A stretch of 51,275 nucleotides of DNA from a virus (lineage: Duplodnaviria; Caudoviricetes), in the IMG/VR virus record IMGVR_UViG_3300010397_000016, positions 1 to 51,275 of that record; one strand, written 5' to 3'. Under the pieces are notes generated by a model. It was given only the letters and a program-made list of their open reading frames with translations, ran no database searches and had not been told where the DNA came from. Shown in pieces: positions 1-8,855 of this stretch. A program made the translations under genes and the position numbers. Within the stretch, counting starts at the first letter, position 1; each line of letters starts with the position of its first letter.

Positions 1-123
1 ACAAATTCAATACCGACAGGAGTATGTGAAGCTGTTCGAGCAGCGTCAGAGCCTTCTGCGTAAGACCGTTACCACCGAAGCAGTCATAAAAGGTAATCAG
101 GCAGTGTTCCTGGTAGCCGGTTC
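1..123. repeat. Terminal direct repeat, copy 1 (assembly overlap of a circular or permuted genome)
   Basis: 1-123 is identical to 51153-51275 and lies inside a continuous ORF (major capsid). Confidence 0.97.
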
Positions 124-814
124 TGGCCACGCAACGGCAGTAACCCGCGGCGTCAACGGCTTGATTGCACCGCGCGCTGACAGCAACACCCAAAATACTG
201 CAACCCTTGTTGAATGGCATGACTTGGTCCGCAAGACCGGCTTCAATGTCTTCGAAAGCCAAGGCGATCAGCGTAAGATCATGCAGGAAAGCTCACTGGG
301 CGTGCTCAATCGTAAAATCGACCAGGATATTCTGTCGGCTCTCAGTTCGTCTACCCAGACCACTGGCACCACGCAGACTGCCTCACTGGCACTTGTAGCC
401 CGTGCAAAGACGATTTTAGGTAACAACGAAGTACCGCAGGATGGCAACATTTCCGCTGTCATCTCGCCGGCCTTCCACAATTACCTGATCCAGGCCAAAG
501 AATTCACCAACGTGAATTATATCAACGATAAACCCTTCGAGAGCATGCCCATCATGTTCCGCTGGGCTGGCGTTAACTGGATCGAGCATCCGAATATCGT
601 GGGCAAGGGCACTACTGCTGAGCAGTGCTATATGTACCACAAGGATGCTATTGGTCACGCCGCTAACGTTGGCGAGATCGATACGAAAATCGGCTACGAT
701 GACGAGCAGGATTACTCCTTCGCGCGCGCTACCATGTTCATGGGCGGTAAAATGCTCCAGAGCGCTGGTATCGTGACGATGGTGCATGACGGCTCTGCAT
801 ACGTAAGCTCGTAA
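1..814 (+). CDS. Major capsid protein, 3' part (true start is ATG 51136, across the junction; 276 aa)
   Basis: Frame is continuous across the overlap (MANNAPQIQYRQEYVKLFEQRQSLLRKTV...). It sits after the scaffold gene and has podovirus capsid-like segments (LNRKIDQDILSAL, FRWAGVNWIEH, YHKDAIGHA). Confidence 0.9.
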   Translation, partial: QIQYRQEYVKLFEQRQSLLRKTVTTEAVIKGNQAVFLVAGSGHATAVTRGVNGLIAPRADSNTQNTATLVEWHDLVRKTGFNVFESQGDQRKIMQESSLGVLNRKIDQDILSALSSSTQTTGTTQTASLALVARAKTILGNNEVPQDGNISAVISPAFHNYLIQAKEFTNVNYINDKPFESMPIMFRWAGVNWIEHPNIVGKGTTAEQCYMYHKDAIGHAANVGEIDTKIGYDDEQDYSFARATMFMGGKMLQSAGIVTMVHDGSAYVSS

Positions 815-830
815 GCAGGCGACTGTGAAG

Positions 831-857
831 GTGAGCCGGTGGCATTATCCGGCTCAC
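831..857 (+). other. Stable intergenic hairpin between the capsid and cement genes
   Basis: GTGAGCCGG-N9-CCGGCTCAC, a perfect 9-bp stem with no U-tract; more likely a stability or processing element than a terminator. Confidence 0.6.
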
Positions 858-887
858 TAACCCAAAATAAAATAAGGATGAATTACC

Positions 888-1172
888 ATGGCTTATAATA
901 CCGCACTTCCTCCCCGCAGAATTTCGCAGGGAAGCATTGATAATAGCCAGCAGGGCGCTGCTCTGTGGGCTTATACTTCCGCTGACGCAGCCGCTACGGT
1001 TGCCGGCGCAAACTATTTCAGCAATGGTCAGGACCTTGGCCTTGCCCTCAATGACCTTGTATTTGTCATTGATACGGCAACCCCGCTGATTACTTCTCAC
1101 CGTGTGAAAACGCTGGATACAGCAACACGTGGTGTCACGCTTAGTGCCGGTACCACCGTAGGCGCAACCTAA
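888..1172 (+). CDS. Probable capsid cement/decoration protein
   Basis: 94 aa, small-residue-rich and beta-like, directly after the capsid gene and before a terminator; AAGGA RBS. Confidence 0.6.
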   Translation: MAYNTALPPRRISQGSIDNSQQGAALWAYTSADAAATVAGANYFSNGQDLGLALNDLVFVIDTATPLITSHRVKTLDTATRGVTLSAGTTVGAT

Positions 1173-1205
1173 TGGTGCTTGGCACAACGTAACCCTCCTC
1201 GGGTG

Positions 1206-1243
1206 GCTTCCTGGCGGCGCGACACCGTCAGGAAGTCTTTCTT
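1206..1243 (+). terminator. Rho-independent terminator after capsid and cement genes
   Basis: CTTCCTGGCGG/CCGTCAGGAAG stem followed by TCTTTCTT. Confidence 0.7.
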
Positions 1244-1313
1244 CCATAAGAAAGGTTTTGGTGTTATGTTTCAGATACGGCAATAAAGCCGCTAACCCTT
1301 AGAGGAGAAACAG

Positions 1314-1949
1314 ATGAAAAGCGCCACTCAACCTAAATCCGAAACTTCCGATGCTGCCGCAATCCATGCCAAATCACCATTGGATGCAGCCTTGCAACTT
1401 AGTCAGCAGGAAGGCGAAAAAAAACAACCAGCCAAAACTCAGGATGCCGCACCGAAAGAAGAAGCGAAGAAAGGCTCTACCGGTGAAGCGGGCAAAGTAG
1501 CGCCGGCGCGCGCAGTGCCGCCCTGCTCTCCGAACCGTATCAAGCTCACGGGGTATCTCCATAATGACTGGGATGTCACGCCCCCGCGCGGTACAGAAGT
1601 CGACGACCTGAAGAACCCGGACTGGTGGAAACATATAGCTTCAAGTTTCAAGCCGCATGATCACATTGAAGCCATTTGTGAAGACGGAAGCTGGTATGCT
1701 CGTTTCCTTGTTGTCAGTTGTGATCGCACTTGGGCAAATGTCCACCTGCTCGAGCATCATGATCTGGCGGCCGCCAAATTCAAGACACGTAATTCTGAGT
1801 TTGAGGATTACAAAGTGGAATGGACCACGCTTGGCCAATGGACAATTATCAAAAAAGGCAATGAAGGCATGCCGCCGCTGAAGGATGGCTTTACAACTCG
1901 CATTGACGCTCTGACCTGGCTGGATGAGCATCTGCGTACTCGTGGGTAG
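1314..1949 (+). CDS. Hypothetical protein (low-complexity N-terminus, globular C-terminus)
   Basis: Strong GAGGAG RBS; 211 aa between head and tail genes. Confidence 0.7.
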   Translation: MKSATQPKSETSDAAAIHAKSPLDAALQLSQQEGEKKQPAKTQDAAPKEEAKKGSTGEAGKVAPARAVPPCSPNRIKLTGYLHNDWDVTPPRGTEVDDLKNPDWWKHIASSFKPHDHIEAICEDGSWYARFLVVSCDRTWANVHLLEHHDLAAAKFKTRNSEFEDYKVEWTTLGQWTIIKKGNEGMPPLKDGFTTRIDALTWLDEHLRTRG

Positions 1950-1954
1950 AAATT

Positions 1955-2596
1955 ATGACGGTATCACAGTTAAGTATTTACAATGATGCACTGCTTCTCT
2001 GTGAAGACCGTCAGCTTGCCACGGTAACTGATAACGTTAAATCCCGCCGTCTTCTGGACAGTGTCTGGAATGATGGCGGGGTTAAAGCCTGCCTCGAAGA
2101 AGCTATGTGGACATTCGCTATCCGTACTGTAGCGATCCAGTTTGATCCCTCTATCCAGCCTACATACGGCTATCAGCATGCCTTCGCCAAACCAGCTGAT
2201 TATATACGCACCTCTGCTTTATCATCAGAACCATACTTTCAGGCTGCACTTACTCAGGTAAATGACGAGGCCAGTTACTGGTGGGCAGACCTTGCAACGC
2301 TCTATGTTAAGTATGTTTCCAGCGATCCCATGTACGGCAACAATATGAATGCGTGGCCGGAGACTTTCAAGCAATTCGTTGCCGCACATTTCGCCAATAA
2401 GATTGTGGGTGACCTCTCCAAAGATGAAAAAATACGAGATAAGGTGGAGAAGGCGCGCCGCGATCGCTTGATATCTGCCCGCTCTAAAGATGCAATGAAC
2501 GAACCTCCTGGCTTCTTCCCCCGTGGTCAGCTTTCGCGTGCACGGCAAGGGATGTATTTTGGGAGGCCAAATAGAACAGGGCAAGGATTTTATTAG
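1955..2596 (+). CDS. Tail tubular protein A / adaptor (T7 gp11-like)
   Basis: LSIYNDALL...WTFA...Y.HAFAKPADYIR...YVS motif pattern; size and synteny fit. Confidence 0.8.
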   Translation: MTVSQLSIYNDALLLCEDRQLATVTDNVKSRRLLDSVWNDGGVKACLEEAMWTFAIRTVAIQFDPSIQPTYGYQHAFAKPADYIRTSALSSEPYFQAALTQVNDEASYWWADLATLYVKYVSSDPMYGNNMNAWPETFKQFVAAHFANKIVGDLSKDEKIRDKVEKARRDRLISARSKDAMNEPPGFFPRGQLSRARQGMYFGRPNRTGQGFY

Positions 2597-2599
2597 GAA

Positions 2600-3082
2600 T
2601 TATTTATGCGTAGTATTTTTCTTCCCAGTGCAATTATAACTGCGATTAGCAGCTTGTTCTTTTCGAGTAGACCATTTGCAGTTTTCTCGATAATAGCCCT
2701 TATCATTATCTATGCGGTCTATTGTAAGACCTTGGGGCTTTATACCCATATCAGATACAAAGTTCTCAAAAGTATTCCATCGTTCACAAACCTTTATTCC
2801 ACGACCACCATAACAATTATACATTTTATCTCTTGGATTATTGCACCTGCGAAGCATATTTTTCCAGCATGTATAAATAGTGCTTTTAGTAAGTCTATGC
2901 GTTCCTCTACATTTACCGCACGCTTTAGTGTGGCCACTAACAAGACTTCTTCCCCACGCATTAGAAGTTTGCCCACACTCGCATTTGCATATCCAGGTAG
3001 CATTTCCGCTTTTATTTTTACCTCTCTCTATAACAGTGAGTTTTCCAAACTTTTTCCCGGTAAGTTCGTAAAATTTTGGCAT
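2600..3082 (-). CDS. Free-standing HNH-type homing endonuclease
   Basis: LTGKKFGKLTV..WICKCECG N-terminal motif; YGGRGIKVCERW..F.NF..DMG...TIDRIDNDKGY..ENCKW...EQ..NR catalytic motif; AT-rich and antisense to the tail operon. Confidence 0.9.
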   Translation of the reverse strand: MPKFYELTGKKFGKLTVIERGKNKSGNATWICKCECGQTSNAWGRSLVSGHTKACGKCRGTHRLTKSTIYTCWKNMLRRCNNPRDKMYNCYGGRGIKVCERWNTFENFVSDMGIKPQGLTIDRIDNDKGYYRENCKWSTRKEQAANRSYNCTGKKNTTHK

Positions 3083-3104
3083 AATGAAATCCTTTCCCGG
3101 TACT

Positions 3105-3132
3105 ATAATAATGACAAGAAATATATTGTCAA
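3105..3132 (-). promoter_or_regulatory. Candidate sigma70 promoter for the HNH gene
   Basis: Minus strand TTGACA-N16-TATTAT about 20 nt upstream of the ATG at 3082. Confidence 0.5.
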
Positions 3133-3147
3133 ATTTGGATATTTATA

Positions 3148-5928
3148 ATGGGAATTCGCACTAAAATCCTTGCCTACGCTTTTAACCGTGGACTGATAAG
3201 CCCGCTTGCACTCGCGCGCTTTGACCTGAAGCGTCTTGCGCTTTCCTCGAGCCTCTGCACCAATTGGATGTTCCGCACGCTGGGCAGCATGATGCTGCGG
3301 CCCGGCCTGGCATATGTTGATGGCGTCTTCGGTAATTCCACCGTAGTGCATATTCCTTTCGTCAGGAAAATCACTGACACGGCCATTATAGAGCTCACAA
3401 ATAATCTGATGCGTGTGCGCGTTAATGAGCAAATTATAAGCCGGGTTTCTGTTTCAACTGCCGTAACGAATGGTAGTTTTTCTGGTAGTTTAAGCGGCTG
3501 GACGCAAGGTGACGATCCCGGCGGTTTATCTACTTACGTTGCCGGCGATTATATGGGGCTGACCGGCAATGGTACCGCGCGCGGCCTGCGCTATCAAACG
3601 GTAATGGTAGCCGGCGGTGACCTGAATAAAGAGCACGCTCTGCGCATTGTCGTTAGCAAGGGCTATGTCGTCTTAAGGGTCGGCACCTCAAATGGCGATG
3701 ATAATTATATCAACGTAACAACTCTCGCAGTTGGCATACATTCTCTTGCCTTCACGCCGTCTGGTAATTTCACTATACAGTTCTCGAGCGCCACCAAATA
3801 TATGACGCTCATTAAGCAGTGTACGGTAGAGGCTGCAGGTGCCATGACTATCGCCACAACATGGAACTCTGCCATGTTGCAACATCTGCGCTGGGATGAG
3901 AGTGTTGATGTATTATTCATTGCCACAGATGGAACGCTGCCTCAGATGAAGATAGAGCGCCGCGGCATACGCTCATGGTCATTGGTAAATTACTTCGCCG
4001 ATGATGGTCCCTTCCTCAACGGAAATGTCGATCAGAGTATTTTGCTAAGTGGTTCCGCTTTGAATGGTGATATTACGGTCACCAGCAATATTCCTTTTTT
4101 CAAAGCTGGACATGTGGGAAGTCTATTTTCATTGACGTCACAGTCCGGTCAACAGGTAGATGCTGATGTTGCAGGAGTTGGCCAGTTCAGCGATCCTGTC
4201 GAGGTAACAGGTATATCGGCAAATGGTGGCCGCAATCTAATTATTAATACTAGCGGAACGTGGACCGGAACTTTGAGATTGCAGTTTAGCGTCGGCGCGC
4301 CAGGCTCGTGGGTTGATACTGGGGTTACTTTTACCGCTAATCCAGTGAATTATGTTTATAATGACGGTTTCGACAATCAGGTAATTTTTTATCGCCTTGG
4401 TGTAGAGGTAGGTCCGTGGACTGGCAGCGCTCACATAACCCTCAATTTTGCTCAATCTAGCGGTATTGCTGGTATTGTCCGTATTGATGGCTACAATAAT
4501 TCAACATCTGTCAGCGCGCACGTCCTTAAACCATTGGGCAGTATTAATGCAACCTCGCAATGGTCACAAGGTATATGGTCATCAATAAGAGGTTTCCCGG
4601 ATGTACCGCTTCTCTATGAAGGCAGGCTATGGTGGTTCGGGCAAGATTACATTATAGGCTCTGTATCTGATGCCTATGCCAGCTATGATCAGACTGTCAC
4701 CGGAGATAGCGCGCCGATTATTCGTACTTTCGGACAAGGTCCGGTCAGTGACATTCAATGGGCACTCGGCCTGCAGCGGCTGCTGGTGGGATGTGATGGT
4801 TCTGAGAAATCTGTCCGCTCTTCGGCGCTTGATGAGCCGCTTACGCCAACCGATTTCAATATCAAGACACCTTCCACACGCGGTTCAGCTGCAGTAGCAG
4901 CGGTGCAGGTAGATACAAATGGCATATTCGTACAACGCGGCGATCCAGACAATGGCAATAACAATCTGTATGGAACCCGTCTTATCGAGATAGCCTACCA
5001 GGGCAGCTATGCAATCGTAGATTATACCACATCTGATCTGAGTGAATTCTGCCCGGAAATATTTGAAATAGGCATTAGCAAAATAACAGTTCAGCGTAAG
5101 ATTGATACCCGTGTCCACATCTTATTGCGGGATGGTACTGTTATCGTCTGCGTTTACGATCCTATCCAGAAGGAACGCGGTTTCCTGAAAGTTGTGACCG
5201 CTGGTATTGTCACAGATATATTCTGCATGCCTGGCGGTGTTGAAGATAAGGTTTATTATGCCGTGCAGCGCACGATCAACAGTTCCACCGTTGTGTATCT
5301 CGAGCGCTGGGCATTGGAAAGCGAATGCACTGGACAACCGGTGGCAAAGCTGTCTGATAGCCATATTAATTATGTCGGTGCTGAAACAACCACTATCACC
5401 GGCCTGACGTCACAAATCGGTGCCAGTGTGGTTGTCTGGGGATGGAACACCATAAATCCTTTCACCGTCACCATGCCGGATGGTAGCACTAAAACCGTAG
5501 GCCGCGATATGGGAACCTATACTGTGGATGGCGCCGGTACTATCACCGGCCTGCCAGCAGCGGTGACGAATGCCTGTATCGGTATTTCGTATACTGCGCA
5601 GTGGCAATCAGTGAAATTGACGCAGACGGTACAGGATGGCACTTCTCTTGGCTTTGCAAAGATCATTGACGAGTTGCACCTGGTGCTGGCAAATACACAT
5701 TATAGAGGCCTGCAATTCGGTACTGACTTCACGCATATGGATAACCTGCCAACCACAGAAGAGGGAATGGCAGTGCAGGCGGATACCGTATGGGCTGAAT
5801 ATGATAAATCTCCTGTAAAGGTAGATGCCACCTGGGATCCGAATACACGGCTCTGTCTGCAGGCTTCTTCACCTCGCCCGTGCACTATCCTTGCCGCTAA
5901 CATAGGAGTTTCCACCAGTGAGCGGTAA
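3148..5928 (+). CDS. Tail tubular protein B / nozzle (T7 gp12-like)
   Basis: AFNRGLISP..LAR.D...N.....G...RPG N-terminus; GFP....YEGRLWW; 926 aa; synteny fits. Confidence 0.85.
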   Translation: MGIRTKILAYAFNRGLISPLALARFDLKRLALSSSLCTNWMFRTLGSMMLRPGLAYVDGVFGNSTVVHIPFVRKITDTAIIELTNNLMRVRVNEQIISRVSVSTAVTNGSFSGSLSGWTQGDDPGGLSTYVAGDYMGLTGNGTARGLRYQTVMVAGGDLNKEHALRIVVSKGYVVLRVGTSNGDDNYINVTTLAVGIHSLAFTPSGNFTIQFSSATKYMTLIKQCTVEAAGAMTIATTWNSAMLQHLRWDESVDVLFIATDGTLPQMKIERRGIRSWSLVNYFADDGPFLNGNVDQSILLSGSALNGDITVTSNIPFFKAGHVGSLFSLTSQSGQQVDADVAGVGQFSDPVEVTGISANGGRNLIINTSGTWTGTLRLQFSVGAPGSWVDTGVTFTANPVNYVYNDGFDNQVIFYRLGVEVGPWTGSAHITLNFAQSSGIAGIVRIDGYNNSTSVSAHVLKPLGSINATSQWSQGIWSSIRGFPDVPLLYEGRLWWFGQDYIIGSVSDAYASYDQTVTGDSAPIIRTFGQGPVSDIQWALGLQRLLVGCDGSEKSVRSSALDEPLTPTDFNIKTPSTRGSAAVAAVQVDTNGIFVQRGDPDNGNNNLYGTRLIEIAYQGSYAIVDYTTSDLSEFCPEIFEIGISKITVQRKIDTRVHILLRDGTVIVCVYDPIQKERGFLKVVTAGIVTDIFCMPGGVEDKVYYAVQRTINSSTVVYLERWALESECTGQPVAKLSDSHINYVGAETTTITGLTSQIGASVVVWGWNTINPFTVTMPDGSTKTVGRDMGTYTVDGAGTITGLPAAVTNACIGISYTAQWQSVKLTQTVQDGTSLGFAKIIDELHLVLANTHYRGLQFGTDFTHMDNLPTTEEGMAVQADTVWAEYDKSPVKVDATWDPNTRLCLQASSPRPCTILAANIGVSTSER

Positions 5929-6295
5929 AATAAAGGATGTGGAAATACGCAAGGCTACCATTGAGGATATCCGCGTGTTCTATCCTGATGGTCCGCCGCG
6001 CACCGGTTATTTCTGGGTAGCTTTGTACAAAGGTGAGGTAGCCTGTCTTGCCGGCTTAATGCAAACCCGTTACGGCTGCATGGCTTTCTCTGATGTTAAA
6101 CCGGGTATCAATGCACCGAAGCGAACCATATGGGAAACAGCAAAAGCACTTCTGGAACATATAAAGTCATTGAATTTGCCGATGTACACTTGTTGCTATT
6201 TATCGCATAATATGGCAAATAAGTTTGTTAATCGCCTTGGTTTCAATCATTTACGTGAATATCAAGGAAAGGAATTATACGCATGGCCACGTTAG
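5918..6295 (+). CDS. Acetyltransferase-fold tail assembly protein (T7 gp13-like)
   Basis: IRKATIED...KFVNRLGF GNAT-like pattern, located between nozzle and ejection proteins. Confidence 0.65.
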   Translation: MSGKIKDVEIRKATIEDIRVFYPDGPPRTGYFWVALYKGEVACLAGLMQTRYGCMAFSDVKPGINAPKRTIWETAKALLEHIKSLNLPMYTCCYLSHNMANKFVNRLGFNHLREYQGKELYAWPR

Positions 6296-6876
6296 CTGCA
6301 ACTGCTGCGATTTCATCAGCTATAGCTGCAGGCGCTTCAACAGCAGCCACAATCATGCAGATAACTGGCACTATGCGTGCCGCAAATGCCGCCAAGGCTG
6401 CAGGCATTGCACAGCAGAATGAAGCCAATTATGAAGCCGCTCAGTTAAGGCAGAATGCCGATCAGCAGCAGGCGGCCGCCGAACAGAAGATGATAGCGGA
6501 CAACAAGAAAACTGACCTTGTATTGTCCAATGCGCGGGCGGCGGCGGCGGCTGGCGGTGGAAGCGCCACCGATCCCACTGTCGTCACCAACATGCAGACT
6601 ATTGCCGGTGAAGGTAAGTACCGTGCCCTGACCGATATGTACCAAGGAAATGCAGCTGCACAGAGCCTTAACAATCAGGCCACTGCCAAAGAATACAGCG
6701 GCAACATTGCCGCTGATGCCGGTAGGACTAAAGCCACTTCTACCATCTTGAGTGGTGCCAGTTCGCTTTTCAATAAATACGCCAATATATCAACGCCTGG
6801 AAGCCCGAGCGGTGCCAGCGGCACCATGGACCAAGATGAGTTTGATGAAGGCATGGCAAGCATGGGAGCACCATAA
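6283..6876 (+). CDS. Internal virion/ejection protein (gp14-like)
   Basis: Ala/Gln-rich helical protein with ARAAAAAGGG segment; synteny fits. Confidence 0.7.
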   Translation: MATLAATAAISSAIAAGASTAATIMQITGTMRAANAAKAAGIAQQNEANYEAAQLRQNADQQQAAAEQKMIADNKKTDLVLSNARAAAAAGGGSATDPTVVTNMQTIAGEGKYRALTDMYQGNAAAQSLNNQATAKEYSGNIAADAGRTKATSTILSGASSLFNKYANISTPGSPSGASGTMDQDEFDEGMASMGAP

Positions 6877-8855
6877 TGGTAAAGCTTCCCGATTATACAG
6901 CTCTTGGTACGCGTGAAATTCCCCAGCCGACCACTTCCGTTGCAAGGGTAGACAACCCTGCTGCGGGCGCCGAAGCGCAGGAAGGCCTTGGACAGACAGA
7001 ACAGAAAGTCGGTATTGCCACACAGGACATGGTCAACATCGCTGATGTTAACACGGCTATGGCCACTGATTTCGAGCCGAAATTGCGTGACCTCGCGCAG
7101 AATTATTATTCACTTCAGGGTAAGGCGGCGCTCGATGCTGGGCCGCAATACCGCGAGAGGGTAACGCAGGCAATGAATGAAGCTGCTGGCAGCCTTAATG
7201 GCGAAGCCCGTACTATGTTCATGAAGATGGCGCAGCCGTCCGTTGACAGCGAGTTGTACCGTGCCAGCCAACATGCTGGTGCGCAGGCAAAGACATATTA
7301 CGCTCAGTCGAATGATGCTGCGCTCAGTAACTATGTTATCAATTACCAGGATGCCGTGCTCAATGATCCCAAGGTTGCGCAGGACAGTTATGATCTCGCC
7401 TATCATCAATTGAGCAATTACCACAAAAGCATCGGCTTGAGTGAGGATGATCCCATAGCCATTGACCAGCAGAATTTGCTGGAGGGCAAGTTTGATACTG
7501 CAAAGAAAACCGCCATATGGAATGCCTTCCTTGCGCTACCGCCAGAGAAGCAGGCAAATCATGTGCTGGGCAGTGGCTGGCCAATGGGTGAAGCGCCTCC
7601 TGATAGTTCTGCGCTGCCGGCCGGTGGCCATGCATCAAATGCGCCGTACAATCTCGGGAATGTGAAAACGAAGGAAGGTGCCAAGAATAATACAATGGAC
7701 TTCCTTAATCCTGCCACGCCAGTGGATGGTGTAATTCTCACCGCTAATACGCTGCGCAATGGTTATCAGGATATGACACTTCAGCAGATTGCAAAAAAGT
7801 GGACAGGAGAAAGTCCGGCCAAGGTTTCTGCTTGGGTGAATAATGTTAGTTCCTCTTCCGGCATTGCGCCGGGCGATAAGCCGGATATGAATGATCCGCA
7901 GGTGCTGGCGGCGCTTCTGAAAGGTATCGGTACCGCTGAGAAATCGCCAGCTGATCGGAAGATATTTACACAGGATGTAATATCCCAGGGTGTAACCGCT
8001 TCCATGAATGGGCAGCAGGCTCAGGTTGCACAGAATGACAATATCATGACGGATGCGGCGCCGGAGCAAGGAGCTAAATCTGAAGGTGCCAAACCTATGT
8101 TCATGGGGCAGGAAGTTGATCCGGAGATGGCGCATAAGATGACGGATGCTGCGTTATCAAACACCGAACGCCAGAACCGCCTGCAGAAGCTTGCCAATGA
8201 AGGCGAATTCAATAAGACGCAGAATGACTTCTTCGAGAAGGAACACGGCAATCAGTTAACCTGGGCGGATATCAATGCTGCCAATCTGCCGGTGCAGGGT
8301 CCTGGCGGCAAAGAATGGTGGCAGGAACGCCTGAATAAAGGCACTGAGAAAACCGATCCGGCAGTGTTCAATGATCTGTTCCGCCGCGTAAACCTGCCAG
8401 ATGGCGATCCGGAAAAGATCACCGACCCGAAAGCATTGCTTGGATATGTCGGCAAGGGTATCACCCCGCAGAATAAATCATTGCTGGAAAAGAGCATGGA
8501 GGATCCAGCTGAATTGAAATCATTCCTTAAGATGGGACATGATCAGCTCTCCAGTTCGAACATGATGAATATCGACGGCGAAGGCGAACAGCGCGCCTAT
8601 AACTGGCAGGTTGCCATGCGTCAGAAAATTGCGGATGGTAATGCGAAAGGCATTTCCACGCAGGATTTGATTAACCCCCAAAGCAAGAATTACATCGGCA
8701 ACGATATCCAGAGCTATCAGGCCGATCTTCCTACCCAGCAGGCCAATATGGCCAACCGCATGCGCCAAAGCCTACCCGCTGCACCATTGCCAGCAGAGAA
8801 ATTAAGGCGTAAAGGTGAAACAGCAGACGAATACGTTAAAAGGCTGGGATTATGA
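6876..8855 (+). CDS. Internal virion/ejection protein (gp15-like) with a probable lysozyme-like muralytic domain
   Basis: Central NLGNVK...DG..L...Y...TLQQIAKKW...AWVNNVS..G...D..L...I..E resembles the NNPGN(I/L)-type virion muramidase domain. Confidence 0.6.
   Translation: MVKLPDYTALGTREIPQPTTSVARVDNPAAGAEAQEGLGQTEQKVGIATQDMVNIADVNTAMATDFEPKLRDLAQNYYSLQGKAALDAGPQYRERVTQAMNEAAGSLNGEARTMFMKMAQPSVDSELYRASQHAGAQAKTYYAQSNDAALSNYVINYQDAVLNDPKVAQDSYDLAYHQLSNYHKSIGLSEDDPIAIDQQNLLEGKFDTAKKTAIWNAFLALPPEKQANHVLGSGWPMGEAPPDSSALPAGGHASNAPYNLGNVKTKEGAKNNTMDFLNPATPVDGVILTANTLRNGYQDMTLQQIAKKWTGESPAKVSAWVNNVSSSSGIAPGDKPDMNDPQVLAALLKGIGTAEKSPADRKIFTQDVISQGVTASMNGQQAQVAQNDNIMTDAAPEQGAKSEGAKPMFMGQEVDPEMAHKMTDAALSNTERQNRLQKLANEGEFNKTQNDFFEKEHGNQLTWADINAANLPVQGPGGKEWWQERLNKGTEKTDPAVFNDLFRRVNLPDGDPEKITDPKALLGYVGKGITPQNKSLLEKSMEDPAELKSFLKMGHDQLSSSNMMNIDGEGEQRAYNWQVAMRQKIADGNAKGISTQDLINPQSKNYIGNDIQSYQADLPTQQANMANRMRQSLPAAPLPAEKLRRKGETADEYVKRLGL

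Noticed and set aside
2606-3148. 180-aa hydrophobic ORF on the + strand
   Set aside because: It is the antisense shadow of the motif-rich HNH gene; the hydrophobicity follows from T-richness.
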